A program made the position numbers and the translations under genes. DNA of 64,000 nucleotides, from the NCBI RefSeq assembly GCF_009914755.1, contig NC_060936.1, one strand, 5' to 3'. This document shows, piece by piece, positions 1-16,630 of the stretch. The first letter of the stretch is position 1; each line of letters starts with the position of its first letter. The stretch comes from the human T2T-CHM13v2.0 reference genome, Homo sapiens. The notes under the pieces are model-generated. The model searched no databases and was not told the DNA's origin. It saw only the letters and a program-made list of their open reading frames with translations.

Positions 1-544
1 AGCAGAGATCTAGTTTCCCCCCCCATCTAGAAAACCAATTCGACAGTCTACTTTTTCTCTCCCTCCCGCCAAGGAATGCCATTTCTAGCCTTCACCAATG
101 TTCCAAATATGTATGAATCCATTTCTGAACTCTCTATTAGTTTGTCTTTTCCTGTACTAATACTATACTTCAAGTGCCATAATTTTTTTAACAGAGGTAC
201 TTACATAAAGCATACAAATACTGAATGTACAGCTTGACCTTTAAATACATATACTCCTGTGTGTGATCCAGCTCAAGCCAAACTATTAACATTCCTCATG
301 CTCCAGGAGGCTCCCTCACGATCCTTACCAATCAGTACCATGCTTCCAAGATGACCACAATTCTCATCTCTATCACTATAGATTATTTCTACTTGTTTTT
401 GAGCTTGCTATAAATGAAATCATACAATACGTAATCCTTGTGTCTCACTAATTTCATTCAACATTAAGTCTGGGAGAGAGTCATCCCATGTTATGCATAA
501 CAGTTTGTTCTTTGTCATTGTATATAGTATTTCAATCTAAATAG

Positions 545-848
<304 letters not shown>

Positions 849-2221
849 CTAAATACCATAATTTTTAAATTCATCTTGACATCCAACAGAGCAAGTTCCT
901 CCTCATTCTTTTTCTTCTTCCAAAACTATCTTGGTTATTCTTGAACCTTTAATTTTGCACAGGAAGGTCATTTTCCACAAAAAAAAAAAAAAATCCTACT
1001 GGGATTTTTGTCTGAAACTACATAAAATTCACAAAGTAACTTTTCAGTAATATTTATTACTAAATAAATTTTAACTTCCCACCCAAAAATATAGTATATC
1101 CTGCCTTTTATTCATGTCTAATTTTATGTCCTTCAATAAAATGTTGGGTACTATATTGAATTTCATATAAAGGAGATACTTTTTATTTTCTAATTGGCTA
1201 TTGCTAGTTTGAATGCTGACCTTGTATCCAGCAACGCTGAATTATTTTATTAATACAAACAGTACTTTCATTTCTTTTAATATTTCTAGGGAGCATCTCA
1301 TCTCATTTCTGTTCCTTTCCAATCCTTTTGGATTTTCTTTCTTTTTTGCGTATTGATAGAGATATATCTGTCTTACCCTTGGCTTTAATGAGAATGTTTC
1401 CAAAGTTTCACTATTAAGCATGATGCTTTCTATTTGAAAGGTAGCCTTTACTGTAAGAAAAAAAAAGCTCATTTCTGTTCATAGTGTAAGAGTGGTTTTT
1501 TAAAACTTTAATGGGTATTGAGTTTTAACATATAGTTTTACTAAATTTATCTAGATTTTTTCCTAAATTTTCTTATAAATTGATACAATTTTCAAATATT
1601 GAACTGTCCTAAACTCCTATCCCAATTAAAATTTTTATGTCTGTGTTCATAAGTAAGACTGAATGTAATATATTTTCCCTTGTATAGTCTTTCCATTCTA
1701 GATTTAAATGCTAAACTTGCCTGATAAACAGGTAGGGTAACTTTCCCTCTTTTTCTGTTCTCTGAGTCAATTTGCATAAGATTGGGATTAGCTGTTCCGC
1801 AAAAGCATATCTAAAATTATAATTACAAATATCACCATTAAAACTATTCCTTCATACTTGAGATGCTGAGGAGGGAAATTGCTTGAGGCCAGTTTGAAGC
1901 TGCAGTACACTATGATCATGCCTGTGAATAGCCACTGCACTGCACTACAGCCTCAACAGCACAGCAAGACCCCATCTCTAAAAAAACCAACCAAACAAAA
2001 AAAAATCTATCCCTTCTGACACCACTTCACACAAACTAGAAAGGCAATAATTAAAAAGATAATGAAAAGCATTGGTGACATTACAGAAAAGTGTGAACCT
2101 TTGTACACTGCTGGTGGGAAAATAAAATGATGCAGCCACTTTGGAAAAAAGTCTTGCAGTTCCCCAAAAGTTTAAACACGAAGTATCACACGACCCAGCA
2201 ATTTCACTCCTAGGTATATAT

Positions 2222-2520
2222 AGTCAGCGCTCCATATCCATGGGTTCTGCATCCATAGATTCAACCAATTGCAGATTGAAAATATGTGGGGGGAAAAGTT
2301 GTGCCTCTACTATGTACAGACTTTTTTCCCTTGTCATTATTCTCTAAGCAATACAATATAACAACTATTTACATAGCACTTGGGTTATATTAGATATTAA
2401 AAGTAATCTAGAGATCATGTAATGCATATGGGAGAATATGCATAGGTTATATGCAAATACTGTGGCATTTTTATGTCAGAGGCTTAAGCATCTGAGGGAA
2501 GTCCTGCAAACAACACAGGA
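2222..2520 (+). mobile_element. MER2-like Tigger MITE inserted in an old L1M 3' end (about 2020-2980)
   Basis: CCATATCCATGGGTTCTGCATCCATAGATTCAACCAA terminus. Confidence 0.7.
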
Positions 2521-3290
2521 CTATAATAGTTCACAGAAGACTATTCATAATAATCAAAAAGTGCAAAACAATACAAACATCCATCAACTGATAAATGAAT
2601 AAACAAAATGTGGTATATCCACATACGATGATGTATTATTATTTGGCTATAAAAAAGAATGAAGTGTACTGACATATGCTACAATGCGGATAAACCTTAA
2701 ACACATGCTAAGTGAAAGAAATCAATCCCTCCCAAAACACATGTTGTATAATTCCATTTTATGAACTGTCCAGAACAGGCCAATCTACAGAAATAAAAGG
2801 AAGATTAGTAGATGCCTAAGGATAGAGGGTTAGGAGAGATGAAAATGTTCTAAAAATGACTATAGTAATTCTTGGCAAAACTCTGTAAAAATACTAAAAC
2901 CTACTGAATTGTACATTTTAACCAGGTAAATAATATGGTATGTGAATATCTCAATAAAGTTGTTATTAAAAAAAAAAAAACCACCTATTCCTCTTGGGGA
3001 AATTTATTACAGCTTCAATTTCTTTAATGGTTTTTGGTTTCTTTTTCTTGTATAGACAAATTTGAAAAAAAAATTCACTAGAAAATAAAACTCATTTTTA
3101 AAATTTATATACATATAAATTATTAGCGATTTCTTATAATTTTAAAAATCACCATTATAGTTGTACTTATACCTCTTTTTTAAATTTGACTATCAGTCTC
3201 ATCTATTTTTCTTGGGTATTTCCGGAATCAACTGCAAACAACCAGCTTTGACTGATCACGACATTGTTTTTCTTGCTGCTGCTTCTTCTC

Positions 3291-3583
3291 TTTTTTTTTT
3301 TTTTTGAGACGGAGTCTCGCTCTGTCACCCAGGCTGGAGTGCAGTGGCACAATCTCAGCTCACTGCAACCTCCACCTCCTGTGTTCAAGCAATTCTCTGC
3401 CTCAGCCTCCTGAGTAGCTGAGATTACAAGTGCCTGCCATCATGCCTGGCTAATTTTTGTATTTTTAGTAGAGACAGGCTTTCACCATCTTGGCCAGGCT
3501 GGTCTTGAACTCCTGACCTCATGATCCACCCGCCTCGGCCTCCCAAAGTGCTGGGATTACAGACGTGAGCCACCGTGCCCGGT
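3291..3583 (-). mobile_element. AluS
   Basis: Alu consensus with poly(T). Confidence 0.9.
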
Positions 3584-4210
3584 CATTGCTGATTATTTTC
3601 TAGTTCACCAAATTCTGTTTTCATTTTTATTATTTCCTCTTCTTCCTTTGGCTCTACTCTTTTTTTAGTTTTTTAAATTGAAGAGCTGGCTCATTTATTT
3701 TCAATCTTTCAATCTAATACATTCATTAAAGATTATAAATTTATCCCCAAGTACCATTTTTGTGCATCCCTCAAATTTTGATACAACACTTTTGTTGTGA
3801 TTTAGTTCTAATTATTTTGTAATTTCCATTTTTTTAATTCTTGAAAATTCTTAATCATTTTTCCTTTAATATTGCTTCTCCACTCCTCTGTGTATGCTCT
3901 CTTCTAAAACTCCAATTAGACCTATATTGGAACTGCTCAATCTATCCTCTAAGTGTCATCTTTTCTTCCATATTTTTCACCTCTTCATTTTTCTGCATTT
4001 CTCTGTGCTTGTCCGGAGGAGTACTCATTTCTTTCTTCAAATCAGTAACTTCTCTCTTTAGCTGTGTCATATCTTCTATTTTACCCATTTATTGAGTTAT
4101 TTTATTACAAGCTATATTTTTCAAGATTTTAATTGGTTATTTTACATAAATATTTATTGTTTCTGAAGTAACTGTTCTTGTTCAATTATAATGCAATATG
4201 CTCTTAGTTA

Positions 4211-4552
<342 letters not shown>

Positions 4553-5522
4553 CTAAATCACCTTAGACAAACTGTTCTTTGAAAAGTTCTCCATTATAAA
4601 TCACTTCTTTAATGACAAAAAAAAAATCACTTTTTAGGAATTCTCTTGGCTGCTATTCTGCCAAATGTTATCCCACTGTGCCTACCTGCTTCAAGGCATG
4701 AAAAGTTCTATTATTCCCATTTTAGAATTGGAGAAATTGAAGCACAATAAAGTTCTCTTTAAAACACTTTCTCCTCATCTTTTTTTAAAATTTCAAAGCC
4801 ATAGAAAAGTTGAAAGTACAATGACCCATATACCTTCTACCCAGATTCAAAATTGTTAACATTTACAACGTTTGCTTTACCTTTTTTCTCTCTCTCTCCA
4901 TATACTTGCACACACCACACCCAAATATCCACACACTTTTTTTTCTGAACCCACTCCTGAGCCCAACATGATACTTCACTTGGAATATTTCAATATATTT
5001 CTCCAAAGAATAAAAGCACTCTCAATATAACGACCATATCATTCACACCAAAGAAACTATGAGATTGAACAGAATCGTACAAAGACATGCAGCAGTAGAT
5101 TCAAAACTAGTATTTAAGTCATCTGACTAAATGCTCTTTATCTTGGCTTGTCTAATGATTGGACAAACTGCTTTCTGATGATTATTTAGAAGAGACAATC
5201 TGTCAAAGAGCATTTCCTTCCTTCATTTCTGAAAAGAAAGCAATAATCTTCTAAGATATTCAAACTGCAAAAATCAAGGATACTGTATTTCCACTTTGTT
5301 TTCTAACACTAAATCTTTAAGTGAAGCTACTCTATACTCTCAAAACTATATACTCTTTTTATATGCCACAAGATAAATTATTAATAATATTATACTAAAT
5401 AATTAGAATTTCACTATACCAGCTTTTAAAGGGAAAAATTGTTTTTAAGAAAAAAATATGGTACAAATAAGATTGATGAGCCAAATGAAACTGCTTTATA
5501 CATTAAAAAACTGGTAAGTGTA

Positions 5523-5833
5523 GGCTGGGCACGGTGGCTCATGCCTGTAATCCCAGCACTTTGGGAGGCCGAGGCGGGCAGATCACAAGGTCAGGCGATC
5601 AAGACCATCCTGGCTAACACGGTGAAACCCCGTCTCTACTAAAAATACAAAAATTAGCCGGGCGTCGTGGCGGGCGCCTGTAGTCCCAGCTACTTGGGAG
5701 GCTGAGGCAGGAGAATGGCGTGAACGCAGGAGAATGGCGTGAACCCAGGAGGCAGAGCTTGCAGTGAGCCGAGATCGTGCCACTGCACTCCAGCCTGGGC
5801 GACAGAGCGAGACTCTGTCTCAAAAAGACAAAC
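5523..5833 (+). mobile_element. AluY with internal 19-bp tandem duplication
   Basis: GCAGGAGAATGGCGTGAAC x2 (5707-5744); TSD AAAAAACTGGTAAGT. Confidence 0.92.
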
Positions 5834-6076
5834 AAAAAACTGGTAAGTTTATTCATAAATCTATATGAAAAGCTAATATTTCAGTGGGGATGATTTAATC
5901 TCAGTCACTGATGTTAGGAACTAGGTAATATAAACCATAAAATCCTATGCTTGCTCTCAAAGAACCTAAAAACCCAGTTTAAGAGTTGCATATTTTTATT
6001 ACACAACATACCTGTGTAAAAAATAAAATAATAAATTTTTTAAAAAGAGCTGTATATTTTTAAAAAATAGCAATAT

Positions 6077-6405
<329 letters not shown>

Positions 6406-7212
6406 AATAGCAATACAACCTAAAGCTAATATTTAAGGGCTAAACTGTATCATTCAGCTAACTATAACCACAAAAATGGTTAAGATCAATCTATAGCCAA
6501 ACACTAGCCAATAAGGGTATTAACTGGGTGCTGCTAAGGTACTGTATTAAATAAATTCCATGAATTAATAGTCTTACAGACATCCCACTTTTCTACTGAA
6601 GAACTGAAGATAACAAATATACTAGCATAAAAGGACTGATAAAAGGGGTAAGACTTGCCTCAACTCTAAAGTACAGAAATCAGAATGCAGAAAAGGCTAT
6701 CTGAAGAAAGTGAGAAACCACAAACCAAGTGTAAATATAACTATGCAGGTAAGAACAAACAAAAGTTTCAAACTGAAGAAATTAAGGCTAGATAAACAGA
6801 ATGGAATTGGATAGCAGGAGGCCTCAAGTATCCAGCAAACGGATGAAAGTTTTGTAAAACAGCTATAAGCAGGACACCACTACGAGCTCTTTATATTTAA
6901 AATGCCTTTTTAGAAATAGAACCTAGTAATAATACAAAATGAGTGGGAGAGAAATGAGAAGCAAGAAACTATATAGTAACATTTACAAATATCAATTCAA
7001 TAAGTTATTTGGTACCTGAGGAAATCAGGCAGCTCAAACTGAACCAATTCTGTCACAATTCACATCAAGTATTTTCATTACAAACAAGGAAGCGGTAAAT
7101 AGACTTGCAACATATCCTATATTATTTTTCAAATATACTTTCAATGAAGTTCAAGATACATTGAAAACTGTCATTAAGAAGTGCTAGGAAAAAAAAAAAA
7201 AAGTGCTAGTCA

Positions 7213-7520
7213 GGCCAGGAGCAGTGGCTCACACCTGTAATCCCAACACTTAGGGAGGCCAAGGTGGGCAGATCATTTGAGTTCATGAGTTCGAGATCAG
7301 CCTGGGCAACATGGCAAAACCCCATCTCTATAAAAAATAAAAAAATTAGTCAAGCATGGTGGTGTGCAACTGTAGTCCCAGCTACTCAGGAGGCTGAAGT
7401 GGGAGGATGGCTTGTGCCCAGGAGGCAGAAGTTGCAGTAGGCCAAGATCACACCACTGCACTCTAGCCTGGGCGATAGAGCCAGACTTTGTCTCAAAAAA
7501 AAAAAAAAAAAAAAAAAAAA
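7213..7520 (+). mobile_element. AluJ
   Basis: Alu consensus with J-type GGGAGGATGGCTTG; TSD AAAAGTGCTAG. Confidence 0.88.
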
Positions 7521-7618
7521 GTGCTAGACAATTAATATAAAACTATCCTTGCTGGTCAGTACTACTGTGCCAAAAGAAATTCACCAAATATGACATCTGC
7601 ATAAATTTTACAATATAA

Positions 7619-8047
<429 letters not shown>

Positions 8048-8267
8048 TAGAAGCAGCTATTACGTAAATAAGATACTTTAAAATTAATGTCATACTTTTT
8101 ACTCATACACCCATTAATAGCTCAGTATTTACTGTCCACACAATAATTTCCATAATCCATATCAAATGTACAAAAAGAAGCTATCCCAAGTAACTTCCTT
8201 TCTTTTCAATTAAACAAACTCCTTCTCAAGGGACAAAATTTGGGGGGAAAAAAAATCTCAGGTTTGT

Positions 8268-8607
8268 GAAAACTAGATTACTTACCAGTAACTTGAGTTA
8301 TCCTATTGGGTCTTTTCCCTCACAGATCCACCTCTCTTGCCCTTCTGTTCAGCATGAGAATCTTCCTGATGGGCATCCACTGGAACTGAGGGGGCATGCA
8401 GTACAGACGTATATGTAAGAAAGTTTGGGGGAGGGGATTTGGGAGATGCTAGAGACATGCTTCAGTGCACTTGCTTACCTTCCTGAAATTGGAAATTTCA
8501 ACGGTTCCTTGGTCCTCGAGGCACTCACAATAACTTCAAACAATGTGGATCTGTGGAGATTACCCAATAGGAGAACTCCAGTTACTGGTAAGTGATCCAG
8601 CTTTTTC
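8268..8607. repeat. Inverted repeat (arms 8268-8331 and 8545-8607) enclosing the cassette exon
   Basis: 35/39 identity (8273-8311 vs reverse complement of 8562-8600) plus 11/11 (8321-8331 vs 8545-8555). Confidence 0.93.
8479..8550 (-). CDS. YAF2: YAF2 in-frame 72-nt cassette exon (STLFEVIVSASRTKEPLKFPISG-R)
   Basis: CTCCACAG|A acceptor, AAG|GTAAGC donor, symmetric phase 2, no stop; adds 24 aa after the zinc finger, consistent with my recollection of a longer YAF2 isoform. Confidence 0.82.
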
Positions 8608-9075
8608 TTCTCTATCAGAATAAGAAGATTATTTCATTTTATTTGAGATTATTATCACACGTAGAACTACAGAAGAAAGCATAAATTCACTAGATAACTA
8701 TATATACACGTATCAAAGTAAATATGGAAACAATTTGCTAAATATAATGTCAGTGGAAACTTCTCACATTATCAGAAACATAAGGAAATCATTAGAATGG
8801 TTTCATTTTAAAAAGTCTACTATAATGGCTGCTATATTTTAATATACAAAAATATCAGCCACCAGGCTATTTCATTTTGCTGAAACAATATCATTATATT
8901 TTATATTAGTACAAGAATAATTAGTTGATCAAAATCTATCATTTCTTAACTAGCCATTGTCATTAACATTCACTAGATTTTGGTATAGAAGCCACCATAG
9001 TGGACTAATAATATGTTAGAATTCAGATAAAATGCATCAATACAATTCTCATTTTATCACTCAAGTCTTTAACCA

Positions 9076-9976
<901 letters not shown>

Positions 9977-10775
9977 AAGTCTTTAACCATTTGTCACCTA
10001 TTGACACACCAAACACAAACAAAAGTATGCCAGTCATTGAAAAATATTAATAATGCTAATTATAATTTAAATACTTGTACAAAAGAAATACAGCAAATTT
10101 TAAACTTTTAAAATAATTGCCTAAAAATGGCCGTCACTGAAATAAAAACTATTTCTAATCAAAAGAAAAAAATCTCTCCAAAAGAAATTTATCTTCAAGC
10201 TCATATGAAGATATTACATTACCTTTAACTGAATACACATTAATCAATATATATTCATCATATTCATTTTAATGTGCCACAGCAGTGATGACTTCTAACA
10301 CTAGTAACTACACTAGCAGGTACTAGATACAGATATATTTTAATACCCTTTACCATCATGCTTCTAAATAATCACCTCCTTCCTTCAAGAAACTTATGAT
10401 TTCATGATTCTTCATTCTATGGAAACAAAGAAAGTGTATAGTTTTTCCTTTAAGAATAGTCTAGTAACTAACTCACCACTGAATAAATGAAAGAAAACAA
10501 AACAAACAAAAAATAAATGGGATAAAATGGTCTGTAAAATCATTCTACACAATCAAATTCAAAATGTAATTCTAATGAAAATCTTTTATTTCAATCCTGT
10601 TATGAGGTCATATTTGTATTTGTTAGGTTGACAACACACCTGTCAAGATTGTCAAGATCTGTGATAGATTCTTACTTAAATTTAAGATACAAATTGCCTT
10701 GGGTAAATGCATGCATTTTTCTACAAATTTGAGTTAAGTATAACAGTAATAAATCCATTCACTTTTAAATGACCC

Positions 10776-11862
10776 ATTCAAACAGGGGTACTACACAGAC
10801 CTCCATTTCTAATTGGAATAAATATCAGAAAAGGGTCATCTAGGTAACTCTGCTAGTTTACTAGACTCCTAGTCACTGGAGTAAGTACATAGCACAAAGG
10901 TCTTATATGTTTATAGTGATAAAACAGATCAAGGAGCAATAATGCAAATATTTTATCCTAATGGTATAAGCTAATATAAAAGATGTCATTAAGAGGCCAG
11001 GCACGGTGGCTCAAGCCTGTAATCCCAGCACTTTGGGAGTCCAAGGCGGGCCTTTCTCTCACTGTCCAGATATCTTGCTCTGGGGCAAACAAGCTGTTAT
11101 GTTCTGAGCCTATAGAAAAGAGAAGCCCACATAGCAATAAACTGATGTCTCTGGCCAACAGCCAGATGCCTGAGGCCTGACAATAGACATGTGAGTTAAC
11201 TTGGAAGCAGGTGTTCTAAGGTCTGCTGACAACCACATGAGTGAGCTTGCAAATGGATCCTTCCTCAGTTGAGCCCTAAGCTGACTGCAGGCTTGTGAGA
11301 GAAAAGGTGGGAAAAAGAACAAAATTCTATTATATTATTTAAATTAATCTGACCAGATTTTGAAGCCTTACCTTACTTTTCAAGTCAATTCTTAATAGCC
11401 ATCTCTAAAGTAAATAATTTCTGTGTAAAACTATTTTATAAAACAATGACAAATTTTTCCAACATCGCAAATTTCAATTGTCTCAAGCCAACTTGAGTGG
11501 CTCTAAGTGTCTCATTTTCCTTCCTTAGGGAAAGTCATCCTTTTTTATTTCCATTGAATAAATAACTTTTTAAAATAGAAATTCCTCTATTACATTTCAA
11601 CATGTTCATGCAAATCATTCTGCTTTAACATAATTTCATTATCATTTTAAAAGTACATATAAACCGTAAGTACTGAAATGCCATACCTTAAAAAGTCTTC
11701 AGTGTGTGTATATTAATGACCTTTTTATGGAAACATACATCAAGGTATTAGTAACAGTAAGGTACAAACTCATTCTCTTTTATCTAATCTCAAAATTCAA
11801 ACAGGGGTACTACACAGACCTCCATTTCTAATTGGAATAAATATCAGAAAAGGGTCATCTAG
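10776..11862 (+). repeat. Identical 68-bp dispersed direct repeat (10776-10843 and 11795-11862)
   Basis: ATTCAAACAGGGGTACTACACAGACCTCCATTTCTAATTGGAATAAATATCAGAAAAGGGTCATCTAG occurs twice. Confidence 0.95.
11051..11300 (+). mobile_element. MLT1 LTR fragment fused to a 55-bp Alu 5' stub (10995-11050)
   Basis: GCCAACAGCCAG...CACATGAGTGAGCTTG...GACTGCAG MLT1-type motifs. Confidence 0.65.
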
Positions 11863-12183
11863 ATAAAGGGCATTAATACGCCCCATTATCTTTCACCTAA
11901 CTAGAATAGCCCAACTAGTCTTTCTATTTACACATTCCTGCAGCCTGCCAGTCCATTCTCCTTACAGAAGCCACAGAGCACTTCCACACTTAAACTCATT
12001 AAATGGCTTGTTACACTTCCAATAAAATCTCAGTGTCATATCATTTACGACTAAATTGTGATCTGGCATTTTACCCACTTGCTCACCTTCATCTGATGCC
12101 ACTCACCCTCTGCCTCACTATGCACTAGTCTTTGCTCAATGTAAAACAAACTCCTAACCAAAGGGCTTTCAACTTGCCGTTAA

Positions 12184-13052
<869 letters not shown>

Positions 13053-13573
13053 TTAATGAGTAATGAAAATATTTTTGAAATTCATAAGCCACTCACTGAT
13101 TTTTAGTTCTAGAGTCTTGGCTACTCCTTTCTTATTCTGCCTATGTTCTAAATAACTTTGTTATTCAGCACTCCTAAAACCTGAATCTTTAGGCATTGTA
13201 AATCATATGAAATCCAGTGTAGGCTGGGTGCAATGGCTAACACCTGTAATTCCAGCACTTTGGGAGGCTGAGGTGGATCGCAAGAGCCCAGGAGTTCGAG
13301 ACAAGCCTAGGCAACACAGTGAGACCTCATATCTACACAAAATTGAAATTAAAAAAAGAAAAAAAACTCCAGTGTACTTCAGAGATAGCTGTTACTTTAT
13401 AGAACAAATGAAGTTTTAAAATATGTGCTGTGATTTGCTTGGCTAACCAATCATTAAAGAGTGCTATGATTCATTACTCCTAAAAACAGAAAATAAGGGT
13501 TTCTTCAAACCATACATATTCCCTCACAATTAACCATGCAATCTCCCAGGAGTTTTCAAAGCTACCATACAGT

Positions 13574-13934
<361 letters not shown>

Positions 13935-14329
13935 TTAAATTCTTGACACCAACAAGTACCCAATGTTTTGGGATTTTTTGTTGTTAATTCTATCACATTT
14001 TGTAGTTATAATCTAAAGTCATTGTTAGAGGCATAGACTTAAAGATAGATATTACTAGATAATTATATCCTTGGGAAACAAAGTTAGTTACTAACATAAT
14101 TTTACTTATCTTCCTACCTACCAATATTAACCTCCTTTATTTAGTCTATAAATATAAACCAGAATTATTGTAACATGAAAAGCTGAGGACAATCACTACG
14201 CAAAAGTATTATCTTGTTACAACTTAAAAATACAAATCTAAATGCCATACTTATTAAAACAAATACTACATGGAACTTGAGAGAAAAATTAAGATTCTGT
14301 CTGATGAAAGTAAAAGCCATTGGAGATGG

Positions 14330-15010
14330 CTAAACACACCCCCCTCTTTTTGAAAATATCCTCTTCCCTCTGTTTCTGTATTGTTACACTCTCCTGGGTT
14401 TCTTACTCCCTATTAATTTTTTTTTCCTTCTCCATTTCTTTCTTCTTCTTTGTGGGATGCTCTTCTTCTACCACTGTAAAAAAATAAAGATGTTCCTCAA
14501 AAGTCTCTCCTAGGTCTCTTTTCTCATGGTAGGCAATCTATTCCCTCCCTGATCTGTCTTACCCACTCCTACAGCTTCAACTCAAATCATGTGTACAAAT
14601 GACTATCAAATATGTATTTACAGCCCTTTTCTCCTTCCTAAGCCTTACCCAACATATCCAAACTGCTTCAGAGATCTTCCCTCTCAAATTTTCCCCAGGC
14701 ACCCCAAATTCAACAAATCTATAGGCAAACTATTACCTTCCCCCAAACCTGTCTTCCTATTTGCTATCTCAGTGAGAACTAACACCACTCACTCAACTGC
14801 TTAAGCCAGAATCCTGAGATTCATCCTTGATACCTCCCCTTCACTATGACCCAACTTCCTGCCTCCCACAACCATATCCAATCAACCATCAAGTTCCACA
14901 GATCTCTCCTAAACACATCTATAATACATTCATTTCTGTCTCCCATCTGGCATTCCCCTTGTTCAGGACATTACTGCCTCTTGCCTAGACTATCAAAATG
15001 GTTTCTCTGC
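14330..15010 (+). mobile_element. L2 relic
   Basis: ACACTCTCCTGGGTTTCTT...GACTATCAAATATGTATTTACAGCCC...CATCCTTGATACCTCCC L2 pattern. Confidence 0.7.
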
Positions 15011-16116
15011 CTCTAGCTAAGATTCAGCAAGAAAGTAAGCATGACACAAGAGAGAATAAAATCTGTCGGCTGTGGTTTCAATCATACATTATACTGATGG
15101 TAAAAGAAAACATTTTTAAAACTGCTAATAATTGAACATGCAGGTAGCTTAGATTGATGTAAGTTCTTCTATCCAGTAAAATGGGTATAATTTTTTTTAT
15201 AAGAAAATGGTTTTATTCCTAATTTTTAGTTCCCATACAGTTTACAAATACACTTTTACTCTGATAATACAGCTTTGCAACTAGCAAAGCAGTTGCGCTA
15301 ACACCCATAAATATAGGTGGGGAGACAATTAACATCCACTAACATATTCCATCTAACTCACAAAATTATGAAATTATATAAATATTCCTTAAAAAACAAG
15401 AAGTGGAAAGCAGTTTAAAGCAGCAACAGAATCAGATATATAATAAAGGGGCTTTTGCAGTTCATTTTTATCAGTACCTACACAAGACACTGTGATGGGC
15501 ATTGAGAATTTTAAAAATATTATTACAATTATCATTATCATTAACTAAGAAATGTGCTGAATTCATTTTATCACTTATATTTAATTACCACCAAAAAAAT
15601 CACATGAATATAAATGTCAAGGAGGGGATTTAAACTGAAATGTGATAATGGGACCAATGGTACAGCCCTCAGGAAGGAAACAAATATAAAATATCTTCAA
15701 TACACTGTGTAAATATATCATCACTTTTAGCAAAGAATTCTTTAAGAGTAATTGAGAGGGCATTCACTCTGACCTAGAGACAAAGGAATGCTTAGCCTTC
15801 AGAGATGAAGCCTGAGCAATCATAAAGACCATGAAATTGTGGAGGATGGGGAAGTAGAGGGCAGAAGAAACAGCATAATATATAAAATGGCACAGTGGCC
15901 TAAAAAAGACCATGACCATGCTCAGACAATCCCAACCTTGAAAACAGATGTACTCTTTAACTATGGCAAACAGTAAAAAATTCTGCTTTTACTGGCTTAA
16001 TTCTTAAGTCTATATATACTGCTTACTCCTATTACACTACCAGAGTACTTTCTAGACGTTAGAACTTGCTGGTAAGGTCCAAATTTTTATGTGACAGTCT
16101 ACATCAGGCTACTAGG

Positions 16117-16119
<3 letters not shown>

Positions 16120-16168
<49 letters not shown>
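16120..16168. repeat. (CA)n microsatellite
   Basis: About 24 CA units. Confidence 0.95.
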
Positions 16169-16169
<1 letters not shown>

Positions 16170-16171
<2 letters not shown>

Positions 16172-16630
16172 TGATTATCGATCTCATCAAGGCTTAGGTA
16201 TTTCATGGTATTTCAGATTACTGCAGTTATAAAGCTAGGTGCACACAATTACCAACCACAATGATATGCAAGTATACATTTCCCTTTTTGACTGATGAAT
16301 ATGGTTTGTCTGCTCGTAAATGTTATATCTTCATGACTGTTGTTAGTATACCTTAGTGTCTATGCTTGCAAAAATGTTATTGCCTATTTTATTGTGTAAA
16401 GTGGCCTATGAATTGTTGTTTTTATCTGTTTCTCAAATAAATCCCCTTTTTAAAATGTATGTGTCTTTTAAAAAATGTATTATTTTTTCCAGAATACATT
16501 TTTGGGATTTTGACCTTTCAGGATTGTGATTTGGGGGATTTTAGACTTTAAGGATGTTGATTTTTCAGGATTTCAACATTTGAGATTATGGCATTCGGGA
16601 ACCTATCTTTTGGGATTATGACTGGCTCCC
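16170..16630. mobile_element. Ricksha-like (MULE) DNA transposon end
   Basis: Subterminal GGGATT repeats ending GGGATTATGACTGGCTCCC. Confidence 0.7.
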
